Source of the DNA: a virus | Strand: one strand, 5' to 3' | Length of the DNA stretch: 64,000 nt | IMG/VR virus record: IMGVR_UViG_3300014781_000001 | In this document: piece by piece, positions 1 through 8,591 of the stretch | How the letters are laid out: each line of letters starts with the position of its first letter | How positions within the stretch are numbered: position 1 is the stretch's first letter | Notes under the pieces: model-generated | What the model was told of the DNA's origin: nothing | Seen by the model: only the letters and a program-made list of their open reading frames with translations | Database searches by the model: none | Made by a program: the position numbers and the translations under genes

Positions 1-13
1 GGTTCTTAATTCC

Positions 14-307
14 ATGACTTTGGTGGATAATGTTGTTAATGTCAAGGTAGATGAAGAAAACGGCATAACGGTAATGTCTGAGGATTTTGGAAATAGAAAA
101 AAGATAATGGAATCAATGCCTTTGAATGCGCTCGAAGGTCCGTGTTTTAATTTTTCTATCGGTAAGGAAAATATACTGTCTTCCGTAAAATCACTTATAA
201 AAGGAGATACTGTCATGGATTGGTCTGATCAGTATAAGATGATAAAGATGTTCAATCCTAAATACGAATCAACATACGTCTTAAATCAAACATTGTATAA
301 TCTATAA
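14..307 (+). CDS. hypothetical protein. The frame is open to the window start, so this may be the 3' part of a longer gene.
   Basis: ORF track. There is no stop codon between position 2 and the ATG at 14. Confidence 0.4.
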   Translation: MTLVDNVVNVKVDEENGITVMSEDFGNRKKIMESMPLNALEGPCFNFSIGKENILSSVKSLIKGDTVMDWSDQYKMIKMFNPKYESTYVLNQTLYNL

Positions 308-319
308 AAAAATAATAAT

Positions 320-1288
320 ATGGCTTTTAGAGAAAACAGAAGTTTTGGTACAACTTATTATCTGTATATTAATTCAGATGGTAACTTGTATGAAAAAAGT
401 AACGAACCAAAAGAAGGTTTTGTTCAGCACATAAATCCTAATAGCGGTCAGCCGGCGGGATATTGGAAAGAGTATTATAATGGAGTAGTTGGATACATTA
501 ACTACATCGGGTTAAAGTCAAGCTCTTTCTCTAATGGAAATACTGTTACTAATTTCCTTATCGTATTAAAAGATTACGAGCTTAATGAAAACTATTGTAT
601 TTCCATACCTCTCGTCAATCAAAAAGGAAATATCAAGGGCTTTGTTAAGAGCTTCGTAAAATACTACGAAAACATCGATTTCAGTCGTGAAATTTATTTC
701 AATGTCTTTAAGAAGAAGAAAGATGACGAGTTTGGATCTTCGGAACTTATTATCGCATATGCCGGAGTAGACGGAGAAAACGATCAGCTTGTTGAACGTT
801 TTTATAAAAAAGGCGTAAATGGTTGGCCTGACCCTGTTGAAGTTACAGGATTTGATGGCAAGAAAAGCCTTGATTATTCAGCTCAAAACAACTTCACTTA
901 TCAGAAGATTACTGAATATTCAAACAGATTCAATGCTTCTATTAAAGATATCAGAGCAGGTATAATGGCTAAATTAGGTTTAGGAGGAAATGCTCAGCAA
1001 GATCCTACAGCTCCTCAGACTTATCCCCAGCAGCCGGCCGCGCCTCAACAGGTTCAACAACCTCAGTCTGTTCCGAGTGCTATTCCGTATCAGAATTATC
1101 AACAGCCTGCTCAACAGCCAGCACAGTATCAGGCACCGGCTTATACGCCACAGCCGACTGCTCAGCCTGCTGCACCTGCCCCGGCGCCTGCTACAAGGAG
1201 CACCAAGCCTCAGCATCAGACGCAGCCACAGCCGCAAGCACAGATGCCGAACTTTCCTCCTATGGAAGAAGATGACCTTCCATTTTAA
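320..1288 (+). CDS. single-stranded DNA-binding-like protein with a Q/P-rich linker and an acidic C-terminal tip
   Basis: The C-terminus MEEDDLPF resembles the bacterial SSB tip (DDDIPF). It is preceded by about 110 aa of Q/P/A low complexity. The N-terminal ~200 aa are not a recognisable classical OB-fold by eye. Confidence 0.5.
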   Translation: MAFRENRSFGTTYYLYINSDGNLYEKSNEPKEGFVQHINPNSGQPAGYWKEYYNGVVGYINYIGLKSSSFSNGNTVTNFLIVLKDYELNENYCISIPLVNQKGNIKGFVKSFVKYYENIDFSREIYFNVFKKKKDDEFGSSELIIAYAGVDGENDQLVERFYKKGVNGWPDPVEVTGFDGKKSLDYSAQNNFTYQKITEYSNRFNASIKDIRAGIMAKLGLGGNAQQDPTAPQTYPQQPAAPQQVQQPQSVPSAIPYQNYQQPAQQPAQYQAPAYTPQPTAQPAAPAPAPATRSTKPQHQTQPQPQAQMPNFPPMEEDDLPF

Positions 1289-1334
1289 TATAAACATCAG
1301 CCCAGGAGAATAACATCTCTTGGGCTTTTAAAGA

Positions 1335-1592
1335 TTGTGTAGAATGACAGTAGAAATAGTTACAAGATTTCCCCTTATTAAGCTTCGTAGGAAAGTGACA
1401 GAAGAAAGGATTATGGCGAAGCATGGGGATAAATTATGTATGATCTACTCAGAAACCAGAGAAAAATATAAGCAAGGAGATGAGTGGGTCGATGATCCTA
1501 ATGATGCAGACATAAGTACTTTTCGTGAGTGCTATGAATCAACGAAGGACATAAAAAAAGAAGGTATTGTTTATTGTACTATAAAAATATGA
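1335..1592 (+). CDS. hypothetical small protein (start uncertain)
   Basis: ORF track. Fits the operon context. Confidence 0.35.
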   Translation: MCRMTVEIVTRFPLIKLRRKVTEERIMAKHGDKLCMIYSETREKYKQGDEWVDDPNDADISTFRECYESTKDIKKEGIVYCTIKI

Positions 1593-2245
1593 TTATGGAT
1601 AAGTTAGAAGATATTGAAAGACTTCTTTATGAAAAAGAAGATAATAAGAAGGATACTGTTTCTGAAAAGAACAACAAACATAAAAAAGAGGATAAGGTCG
1701 TTAATAAAATACCTGAATCGTATTTGACTCCAGGGTATCAGAAGACTGTTCAGGTAGGTATTAAGAAGCTGTATCCTGATGTCGTGGCACCTGAATACAA
1801 ACATGATGGTGATGCCTGTTGTGATATTCGTGCATATAGAGTAGTGAAGATGATGAATGACATGGGAGTAGAAATAGATGTTCCTTCCGATTTTGAATCA
1901 ATTACCTTATATCAAGGTTATTCTGTTAGAATCGGAACAGGATTCAAGTTGAATATACCAGAAGGTTGGTGTGTGAATGTGGAAGGAAGATCTGGATTCT
2001 CTTTTGACGAGGGAGTGGTAGTTACTAACGCTCCTGGAAAATGCGAATTTATCTACAAAGGAGAGTATATGGTTAATCTTACTAAAATCAATAAAAAACC
2101 GACCGTAATCCGCAAAAACGATCGAATAGCTCAGATGGAAATCGTTCCACAATACAAAATGGTATTGGAAGAAGTAACAGATATTGAGGTAGAAGACGGG
2201 AATGAACGTGGAGAAAAAGGTCTTGGTAGTTCTGGAGTTAAGTAA
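1574..2245 (+). CDS. dut: dUTP diphosphatase (trimeric dUTPase) with a ~90-aa lysine-rich N-terminal extension
   Basis: Motifs read directly: GRSGFS (motif 2), GVVVTNAPG..YKGEY (motif 3), RIAQMEI (motif 4), ERGEKGLGSSG (motif 5). Confidence 0.8.
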   Translation: MYYKNMIMDKLEDIERLLYEKEDNKKDTVSEKNNKHKKEDKVVNKIPESYLTPGYQKTVQVGIKKLYPDVVAPEYKHDGDACCDIRAYRVVKMMNDMGVEIDVPSDFESITLYQGYSVRIGTGFKLNIPEGWCVNVEGRSGFSFDEGVVVTNAPGKCEFIYKGEYMVNLTKINKKPTVIRKNDRIAQMEIVPQYKMVLEEVTDIEVEDGNERGEKGLGSSGVK

Positions 2246-2263
2246 TGTTTAAATATTTTTAAA

Positions 2264-3022
2264 ATGAGCATGTTAGGTTTTACATTCATCACAGACAGCA
2301 AGCTGTCAATGTACAGGGAGAAAGCTATTAAATCCGAAAATCTTGCAAAAGAAATTGAGGAAATGCAGGATAAGGCCGCTTCTTACAAGGAAAGGCTTTC
2401 CGAACTCAAGTCAGATATCGCTTCAAAGGATAAAGAGATTTTATCTGTTGGCAAAGATCTTTCTGAGTCTAAGGAAAAGATTGACGCCTTGAAGGAAAAT
2501 CAGAAAAAGTTGATAAAAAGCGTCAAGAAGAAAACGGAAGAACTTGATGCGACCAAGGCTGATCTTGACAAAGCTAAGTCTGATCTTGATGAGGCTAATT
2601 ACAAAATCAGCAACTTGGAAGAAAAGAAAAACAGTATCTCATTTGAATTAAAAAAGAAATCAAATGAATTGATTGAAGCCAGGATCAGAATCGGAGATTT
2701 GGAAAATGAGGTTTCTATTGGAGCCAAGGCAATACTGGAGTTAGAATCGAAGCTGAAATTAATGCAAGTAGAATTAAGAGGCTACCAAATAGGTATAATC
2801 GGGAAAGATAAAAACAATGTCGCTGAGCCGGAATTGGATAAAGATGAGGAGTCAGATAAGGATGTGGCAGAATCGGAGAAATTTGATAAAAATAAGGAAG
2901 TTAAATACAATACGCTTCTTGATACAGATGTGATTCAGGAAGAAGCAGGTGACATTGTGGAGCCCGAAAACGAAGCTGAACGAGTAAAAGACACTAAAAA
3001 GAAGAAGAAAAAAAAGAAGTAG
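2264..3022 (+). CDS. coiled-coil protein with a poly-lysine C-terminus
   Basis: Heptad-like K/E/L-rich sequence ending in KKKKKKKK. Confidence 0.5.
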   Translation: MSMLGFTFITDSKLSMYREKAIKSENLAKEIEEMQDKAASYKERLSELKSDIASKDKEILSVGKDLSESKEKIDALKENQKKLIKSVKKKTEELDATKADLDKAKSDLDEANYKISNLEEKKNSISFELKKKSNELIEARIRIGDLENEVSIGAKAILELESKLKLMQVELRGYQIGIIGKDKNNVAEPELDKDEESDKDVAESEKFDKNKEVKYNTLLDTDVIQEEAGDIVEPENEAERVKDTKKKKKKKK

Positions 3023-3130
3023 GTATTTTAATCCTTTTTATATTTTAATGTTTGCCATATTATGGGTTAGTACTTAACTTTGCGTTGAGAGAGTTTTTAG
3101 GATAATTATTGGTTAAAAATTTAGCTGTTA

Positions 3131-3165
3131 TATGCAGGCGTCTGTGAAGGCTCCTGCATATTTTT
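3131..3165 (+). terminator. conserved-loop hairpin (family member H1) plus T-run, upstream of the tRNA cluster
   Basis: Stem tatgcagg/cctgcata, loop CGTCTGTGAAGGCT, followed by TTTTT. Confidence 0.5.
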
Positions 3166-3167
3166 AA

Positions 3168-3240
3168 GGTCCTGTGGCTTAGTGGTGAAAGCAAGATGCT
3201 CATAACATCGAGATCGTGGGTTCAAATCCCTCCGGGACCA
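3168..3240 (+). tRNA. tRNA-Met(CAT): tRNA-Met/Ile2 (anticodon CAT)
   Basis: Acceptor ggtcctg/cgggacc, anticodon loop cTCATAa, T-loop GGTTCAAATCC. There is one U-U mismatch in the T-stem. Confidence 0.6.
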
Positions 3241-3241
3241 C

Positions 3242-3312
3242 TGTCCAATGGTGTAGTGGTAGCACAACAGATTTTGGTTCTGTTAGCGGAGGTTCGAATC
3301 CTCCTTGGATAA
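3242..3312 (+). tRNA. tRNA-Gln(TTG): tRNA-Gln (anticodon TTG)
   Basis: Folded by hand as a full cloverleaf. Acceptor tgtccaa/ttggata with a G-U pair, D-stem gtgt/gcac, anticodon stem acaga/tctgt, loop ttTTGgt, T-arm ggagg-ttcgaat-cctcc. Confidence 0.85.
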
Positions 3313-3382
3313 CGGTACATATTTTGTGTAAAGTGTTAATTATCTAAGTGTTTGTGGTGTGTGAACATAGCAAACATTAAAT

Positions 3383-3454
3383 GGCCCATTAGTTTAACGG
3401 ATAAAACCCTTGAGTCCTAATCAAAAGTTGCCTGTTCGATTCAGGCATGGGCTA
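3383..3454 (+). tRNA. tRNA-Arg(CCT): tRNA-Arg (anticodon CCT)
   Basis: Acceptor ggcccat/atgggct, D-stem gttt/aaac, anticodon loop gtCCTaa, T-arm gcctg-ttcgatt-caggc. There is one C-A mismatch at the base of the anticodon stem. Confidence 0.7.
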
Positions 3455-3457
3455 CAT

Positions 3458-3529
3458 GGCTTGTTGGATGAGTGGTTTAGTCAGGGATCTGCAAAATCTC
3501 GTAGGGCGGTTCGATTCCGCCACAAGCCT
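3458..3529 (+). tRNA. tRNA-Cys(GCA): tRNA-Cys (anticodon GCA)
   Basis: Acceptor ggcttgt/acaagcc (perfect), anticodon stem gggat/atctc, loop ctGCAaa, T-arm ggcgg-ttcgatt-ccgcc. Confidence 0.8.
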
Positions 3530-3546
3530 CTAAAAAAAGTAAGACA

Positions 3547-4239
3547 ATGAACTACCCAGAGCAACAAATGCTTAAGATCCTTAATAGGGATCTGTTAAGT
3601 AATCCGATGTATGTTATTAACAATCTTCATATATATGATTGGGAATCTGACTTCCTGGCCATAACAAGATCATTGTACGCTTATGAAGTAGAGGTCAAGA
3701 TGTCTAAACAAGATTTCTTTAACGACTTCAAAAAGGATAAAAAACATAAGGTTCTTAAAGACGGCATTATTAAGGTAGGTGGTGTCATAAGCTATCCTCC
3801 AAACTATTTCTATTACGCCTGTCCTCCTAATATGATTGACGTAAGTGAAGTTCCGTCTTATGCCGGGCTTATTTATGTCGATGTTAGTAAAAATAGGAAG
3901 AACGTCGTTAAGGTCGCACCTTTAATTCATAGACAGAAGTTTGATGTAGTGGGTAGGAAACTGGTGGATAAGTTTTACTACAATATGCTTACTTGGAAGA
4001 AAAGAGCTATTTCAAACGTGTATGCTGACCCGGCCAAGGAAAGAGAGAAAGGCGTGCGTGCCGGAGCTGAGGCTGTGAGGAAGTCGGCCTGGGATGCGTT
4101 CAGGGCGCAGTGCCCGCACATTGCTTTCCCCTATGGAAAAGAATTTCCGATGTGTGATGATCACGAACAAGATCATCCCATGAGAGACTGCATACTTCAG
4201 TGTGAAAAAGGTAGAATATTTAAAAACAAATTAAAATGA
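3547..4239 (+). CDS. hypothetical protein with a possible PD-(D/E)xK-like D..ESD..EVEVK pattern and a C-terminal Cys/His cluster
   Basis: YDWESDFLAITRSLYAYEVEVK, and the C-terminal CPH..C..H..H..C..C cluster. Confidence 0.45.
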   Translation: MNYPEQQMLKILNRDLLSNPMYVINNLHIYDWESDFLAITRSLYAYEVEVKMSKQDFFNDFKKDKKHKVLKDGIIKVGGVISYPPNYFYYACPPNMIDVSEVPSYAGLIYVDVSKNRKNVVKVAPLIHRQKFDVVGRKLVDKFYYNMLTWKKRAISNVYADPAKEREKGVRAGAEAVRKSAWDAFRAQCPHIAFPYGKEFPMCDDHEQDHPMRDCILQCEKGRIFKNKLK

Positions 4240-4505
4240 GCACCCCACGTGAATTAAGCAGGATAGCTAATAAAATAGCCAGTAAGATGACTGATGATGG
4301 ATGGGTCAGCCCCGGTAGAAAGAATCTTGTCTCTGATAAGAAGGTCATGGAATTAATAGATTTGATCTTTAATGAAATATGGAGGGAATTAGATGACGGG
4401 AAAAGAGTCCATATCATAAAACAGATGATTTTTAAAAAGATTTTTGTCAGTAGGCAAAAAGATAAATACTACATACAATGCATAGAAAAAAGGGACGCCA
4501 AATAG
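4236..4505 (+). CDS. hypothetical protein
   Basis: ORF track. The ATGA start overlaps the upstream stop. Confidence 0.45.
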   Translation: MSTPRELSRIANKIASKMTDDGWVSPGRKNLVSDKKVMELIDLIFNEIWRELDDGKRVHIIKQMIFKKIFVSRQKDKYYIQCIEKRDAK

Positions 4506-4520
4506 ACGTCCCTTTTCTTT
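4493..4520. terminator. bidirectional intrinsic terminator between convergent genes
   Basis: gggacg-ccaaataga-cgtccc hairpin followed by a TTTTCTTTTT run. Confidence 0.6.
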
Positions 4521-4535
4521 TTCTGTAAGTAATTG

Positions 4536-5192
4536 TTATTTCATTACTTTCCTTACCAACTTAGAAACAGCTTGAGTGATAGTCCACCTGATGTTTGCAT
4601 TAACGTTGATAGTCTGAGGAGTACCGTTTGCATCCAAGTTAATTACCTCCTTGTCTATTTCCAAGAACGGATCACCTGCTGTCTGGGTAATAACCGTATT
4701 AGCTGTCTGACCACCGGCGGCCGTCACCTTAAGAGTATTTACCAGATCATTTACATCAGCGTTTTCTGGAATACTGGAGAATACGATACTGAAAGCAAAT
4801 CCCCCTGTTGCACCAGGGTCGTCGGCGATAACAGCGCCGTTGTTAGTAGCCTTGCCTGCTGCCTGATAGGAGGCTGGTATTTCCAGCGTCAGAGGATGAG
4901 ACTCGTCTGGAGTTAAGGAGAACGTTAATTTAGTTGAGTTACTTGTACCGTTGATTGTTACAGTACCACCTTCTTTCCCTACAGATGCAGTAGGATCTAT
5001 TTTTACGAACTCAGCTACCGGAGATTGGTTGATGGTAGCAACTTTCTTAACACCACCGGATTCGGCACCAAAGTTTACTTGTTGCGTGCGCTGTACACGA
5101 CCTTGGTATTTTTCACCTGATACGGTAACTGCCTGATCACCATCACCTGATCCCGGATTGAAGGTTACAAAACCTATTTTCAATTCTGCCAT
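4536..5192 (-). CDS. hypothetical T/G/S/N-rich beta-rich protein (possible Ig-like structural or decoration protein)
   Basis: A lone minus-strand gene with an AT-rich promoter-like region upstream at 5193-5377. Its composition is typical of Ig-like surface domains. Confidence 0.5.
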   Translation of the reverse strand: MAELKIGFVTFNPGSGDGDQAVTVSGEKYQGRVQRTQQVNFGAESGGVKKVATINQSPVAEFVKIDPTASVGKEGGTVTINGTSNSTKLTFSLTPDESHPLTLEIPASYQAAGKATNNGAVIADDPGATGGFAFSIVFSSIPENADVNDLVNTLKVTAAGGQTANTVITQTAGDPFLEIDKEVINLDANGTPQTINVNANIRWTITQAVSKLVRKVMK

Positions 5193-5377
5193 GACATTTA
5201 TTTTTAATTGATTAAGATACCGACAAATATATGATTATTTTTATTCTCTTACGTCATTGATTTATTTTTATTAAATACGTAGTGCTATGGTTTTTTTTAT
5301 CATATTTTAATCCTGTTTATTTCTTCGCTGATTATTTATTATGTATGTTTGCAACATCAATATAAAATATTATAACC

Positions 5378-5788
5378 ATGAAAGTAGATTTTTTTAACAG
5401 TAAGGATTTTTTAGGATCTAAAACTAAAGAAAGCAAGATCCGGAAGTTGTCAATCAGCAAAAGTAAGATAATGACTATCTCTGTAGATAATTTGAATTGG
5501 ATGGGGGTAACGGATGCGGTTGTTATCGGCTTAGAAGAAGGGAAGATATTTGAAGGAGTTGAAAATACGGTCTTTTATCTGGCTGCTTCTGATGTTGAAG
5601 ACGAGAGATCGTTTAAGGTAAATAACCTTGGTGTAAAATACAAGAGAGTTTACTTAAAAGACCTGCTCGATTATCTTGGATGGGATATAGGAGAAAATTC
5701 TTATGCTGTGTATGATATTATAAAAGAAGACAGTAATCTATTCCGTCTTCAGCTTAGGGTAATAAAAAAGAGTAGGAGTGAAAAATGA
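5378..5788 (+). CDS. hypothetical protein
   Basis: ORF track. Confidence 0.45.
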   Translation: MKVDFFNSKDFLGSKTKESKIRKLSISKSKIMTISVDNLNWMGVTDAVVIGLEEGKIFEGVENTVFYLAASDVEDERSFKVNNLGVKYKRVYLKDLLDYLGWDIGENSYAVYDIIKEDSNLFRLQLRVIKKSRSEK

Positions 5789-6663
5789 TGAACGATTTGG
5801 ATATTAAAAACAAAAGAATACTGCTATTCGATTTTGACGGGACGCTTATAGAAACCGCTTCTGGGAATACGTTCGCTACAGACTTGACAGATATGAGGAT
5901 TAAGATGGATGTGGTGAATAAGGCTCTTGACCTCATGCAGGAGAACGGTGTTAAGGTATTTGCTATCGTAAGCAATCAAGGAGGAGTAGAAGCTGGGTTT
6001 GTTTCTGGAGCTGATATTGAAGCTAAGATAGAATACGTACTGAGGTCCGTACATGATCTGGCGGTAAAGAGAGGCATAAGAGGCGTCCTATATGAAAAAA
6101 GGTTGTGTTATTCAAATGACGAACAAAATCCGATGAGGAAGCCTAACACTGGCATGATTGATGATATTCTTATGAAGTGTAAAGACACTGTAATGCGTGG
6201 TATGAACTTTAGTCAACTTAAGGGATGTTCGTTGATGGTCGGGGACGCCAGTGGTCTGCCAGGGCAGTTCTCTGATTCGGATAAGGTATGCGCTGAGAAG
6301 GCCGGTATTGAATATATGGATGTTATCACGTTTGTTGGTAAAGACCTTGATTTGAATTATGTGTTGTCCAAAGAACATACAAGTGAAGGAATAGTTATTC
6401 TCAACAACGATTATATATATATCCTTGAAAATCCTTATGGAGTTGATCTTAATATAAAAATTGAATTACAGGATATTTATAGTGCGGAGTTTGATACTCC
6501 TCCTGTCTGTAAACCTCCTTTATTTACTTTGAAGGTCCGTATTAAAAAAGATCAGGATTATAGAGGATACAGCGATATTATAAGAATAGATAAAGGAGAC
6601 AATAATATTACATTCACAAGTTTATATTATGAAGGTAAAGAAAACGGCGATAGTTTATCATAA
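5785..6663 (+). CDS. HAD-superfamily phosphatase (polynucleotide 3'-phosphatase-like) with a C-terminal extra domain
   Basis: HAD motif I LLFDFDGTLIET, motif II VSNQGG, distal GDASG..D. Confidence 0.6.
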   Translation: MMNDLDIKNKRILLFDFDGTLIETASGNTFATDLTDMRIKMDVVNKALDLMQENGVKVFAIVSNQGGVEAGFVSGADIEAKIEYVLRSVHDLAVKRGIRGVLYEKRLCYSNDEQNPMRKPNTGMIDDILMKCKDTVMRGMNFSQLKGCSLMVGDASGLPGQFSDSDKVCAEKAGIEYMDVITFVGKDLDLNYVLSKEHTSEGIVILNNDYIYILENPYGVDLNIKIELQDIYSAEFDTPPVCKPPLFTLKVRIKKDQDYRGYSDIIRIDKGDNNITFTSLYYEGKENGDSLS

Positions 6664-7585
6664 ATCGGATTTAGATGGCGTTGTATCGGCAGCCATCGCA
6701 ACCATGTACGAAAACAGTAAAGACAGGGATGTTGTTTATATCCCGTATTCGTATGAAGATGATGTTAAGAAAGTTACCAGCAAAGTGCGTGATTTAGATG
6801 CTGTTTATGTTCTTGACGTGTCTTTCGGAGCCGATTCTAAAACAGTTTTCAAAAAGTGGCTTGATGAAGGAAAGAGCCTGATGTGGATAGATCACCATAA
6901 GGGAATTATCGAAGATAGTAAGACATGGGGGTTCGTAGTTCCAGGGTTGAGGAGAGTCGGCGTCGGTGCGTGCGCTCTGGCTTCGGACCTGCTTATGGGG
7001 AAGGTGCCGGCGATCGTCCGGTGCCTGTCAGACTACGATGTGTGGAATAAAGAATCTGAATTAGGTTGGGATACGGTAGTAGCTATCCAGTATGCCTTGA
7101 GATCAAAAATAAGACTCAATGTATTAATAGCATTGTCGTATTTGTATGACCATTTTAAAGAAGATATGAAGGACAATGAAATTGATCTTATTTTTTATGA
7201 TCTCGCTAAAGAAGGACGTGCTATAATTAATTACATGGCTGGTAAAAACGAACAAGAGGTAAGTGCGTATTCGTTTGAAGCTTACGTCGATGAGGTGAAG
7301 GTAGTGGCGATGAATACCACCGAATTTAGTTCTAAGGTATTTGATTCTCTTACACCGGACTGGTTAGACGGTAGGAAAATTAAAGCCCTGATGCCATTTT
7401 GTATCATTCCAGGCGGTAAAGTCCGGTTCTCTCTTTATGAATGCGTGGAAGACAGCGCGGATTGCTGTGAGGTAAGTAAAAGATTCGGTGGTGGAGGACA
7501 TGCTGGTGCTGCTGGGTTTGTGCTTGATGTCACGGATATCAGATTCAGGGAATTTATAGAAAAACATAAACTTATATCACAATGA
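6629..7585 (+). CDS. DHH-DHHA1 family phosphoesterase (NrnA/RecJ-like nanoRNase)
   Basis: HKSDLDGVVSA (motif I), WIDHHKG (DHH motif), C-terminal GGGGHAGAAGF (DHHA1 GGGH). Confidence 0.7.
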   Translation: MKVKKTAIVYHKSDLDGVVSAAIATMYENSKDRDVVYIPYSYEDDVKKVTSKVRDLDAVYVLDVSFGADSKTVFKKWLDEGKSLMWIDHHKGIIEDSKTWGFVVPGLRRVGVGACALASDLLMGKVPAIVRCLSDYDVWNKESELGWDTVVAIQYALRSKIRLNVLIALSYLYDHFKEDMKDNEIDLIFYDLAKEGRAIINYMAGKNEQEVSAYSFEAYVDEVKVVAMNTTEFSSKVFDSLTPDWLDGRKIKALMPFCIIPGGKVRFSLYECVEDSADCCEVSKRFGGGGHAGAAGFVLDVTDIRFREFIEKHKLISQ

Positions 7586-7974
7586 AGTGCGAACTGTATC
7601 AATTTTCCCCACAAGTCTATCCCTTTAATCTGTGGATATATGTAGGTAAAGATGTTTCTGGTATAGTAGAGTGTTTCAATAACGATTTTAGTTACATAGA
7701 TAATAGTATGGGCGCAACCATAACCGTACCGTATGGAGGATGCAAATTAGATCCTTGCACAGGATTCTTGATATGGTTTATTAATAAGAACGTTATTGAT
7801 TTTAACACAGTCTCACACGAAGCAGCCCATGTGTCTCTCAATGCATTTGATTTCTTAGGAGAAAAAGTAATGAAATCAGAACCTTTCTGCTACCTCGTTG
7901 GATGGGTGGCAGGAAAGTGTGAAGAAGTAAAGAAAGGAAAAGTACGAGATAAATTAATATGGGAAAGTAAGTGA
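7582..7974 (+). CDS. hypothetical protein with an HEAAH (HExxH-like) motif, possibly a small metallopeptidase
   Basis: TVSHEAAHVSLNAFDF. Confidence 0.35.
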   Translation: MKCELYQFSPQVYPFNLWIYVGKDVSGIVECFNNDFSYIDNSMGATITVPYGGCKLDPCTGFLIWFINKNVIDFNTVSHEAAHVSLNAFDFLGEKVMKSEPFCYLVGWVAGKCEEVKKGKVRDKLIWESK

Positions 7975-8015
7975 GGTAATTTTAAAATATTGTTGGTTGT
8001 AGTAAGCAGGGAGGT

Positions 8016-8052
8016 CCTAAATAGGCTTCCCTGCTTTTTTTTATGTGATGAG
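8016..8052 (+). terminator. intrinsic terminator
   Basis: gcaggga-ggtcctaaataggc-tccctgc followed by TTTTTTTT. Confidence 0.65.
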
Positions 8053-8175
8053 AAAGAAAGGTGAAAATGTTTATGTTACGGTAGAGAGATTAAAAATGTT
8101 TATGTGATAGGAGAGAAGCTAAAAAAGGTTTATGTGATGAGGGATATGAAAAAATGTTTATGTGATGGGAGAGAG
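8040..8175. repeat. iteron-like array: five copies of TTTATGTGATG at about 29-30-bp spacing
   Basis: Copies start near 8040, 8069, 8099, 8129 and 8158. The array is followed by two GAAACGCGTTTT palindromes and C-rich tracts. Confidence 0.6.
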
Positions 8176-8282
8176 GGGGTACCTATCACGAACCTCCCGC
8201 CCCCGAAACGCGTTTTCTTCCCCACACCCCCTTCGCTGGAAAACCGGAAACGCGTTTTTATCTCAAATATATAAACTCTCTG

Positions 8283-8430
8283 ATTATCAACCACTTATTT
8301 AAATTATTGATAATCAATGTGTTATTATAACATATTGATTATAAGCCACTTAAATAAGCATATATCCTACATATTAATGTACGCGTATAACACTGCTCTC
8401 GTTCGTTTTATAACTTGCTGATAATCAGAT
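8283..8430. promoter_or_regulatory. AT-rich region with four TGATAATCA-like palindromic boxes and a 10-bp inverted repeat
   Basis: tgattatcaa(8283)/ttgataatca(8307), attgattataa(8333), ctgataatcag(8418). Confidence 0.45.
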
Positions 8431-8591
8431 AATATAATCGAAATTAATACAAATTAACAAAAAAAAGATAGCATATATATTTGTAGTAATGGTAAATGTA
8501 GTATATTTGCAATGTGATTAAGAGAGATCACGAGTTAACACAGTGAACCTATATAGTGTACCCGTTGGGCTAACTATATCTGTATCTGTAA

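Noticed and set aside
980-1313. ORFs 980-1297 (-) and 990-1313 (+) rich in R/L/S
   Set aside because: Both lie entirely inside the Q/P-rich low-complexity tail of the SSB-like gene in alternative frames. They are frame artefacts of the repetitive cag/ccg sequence.
8040-8175. Iteron array as a CRISPR array
   Set aside because: The repeats are 11-19 bp with 10-18-bp spacers at irregular similarity. They lack the longer repeat length and spacer-size uniformity of CRISPR arrays, and no cas genes are nearby.
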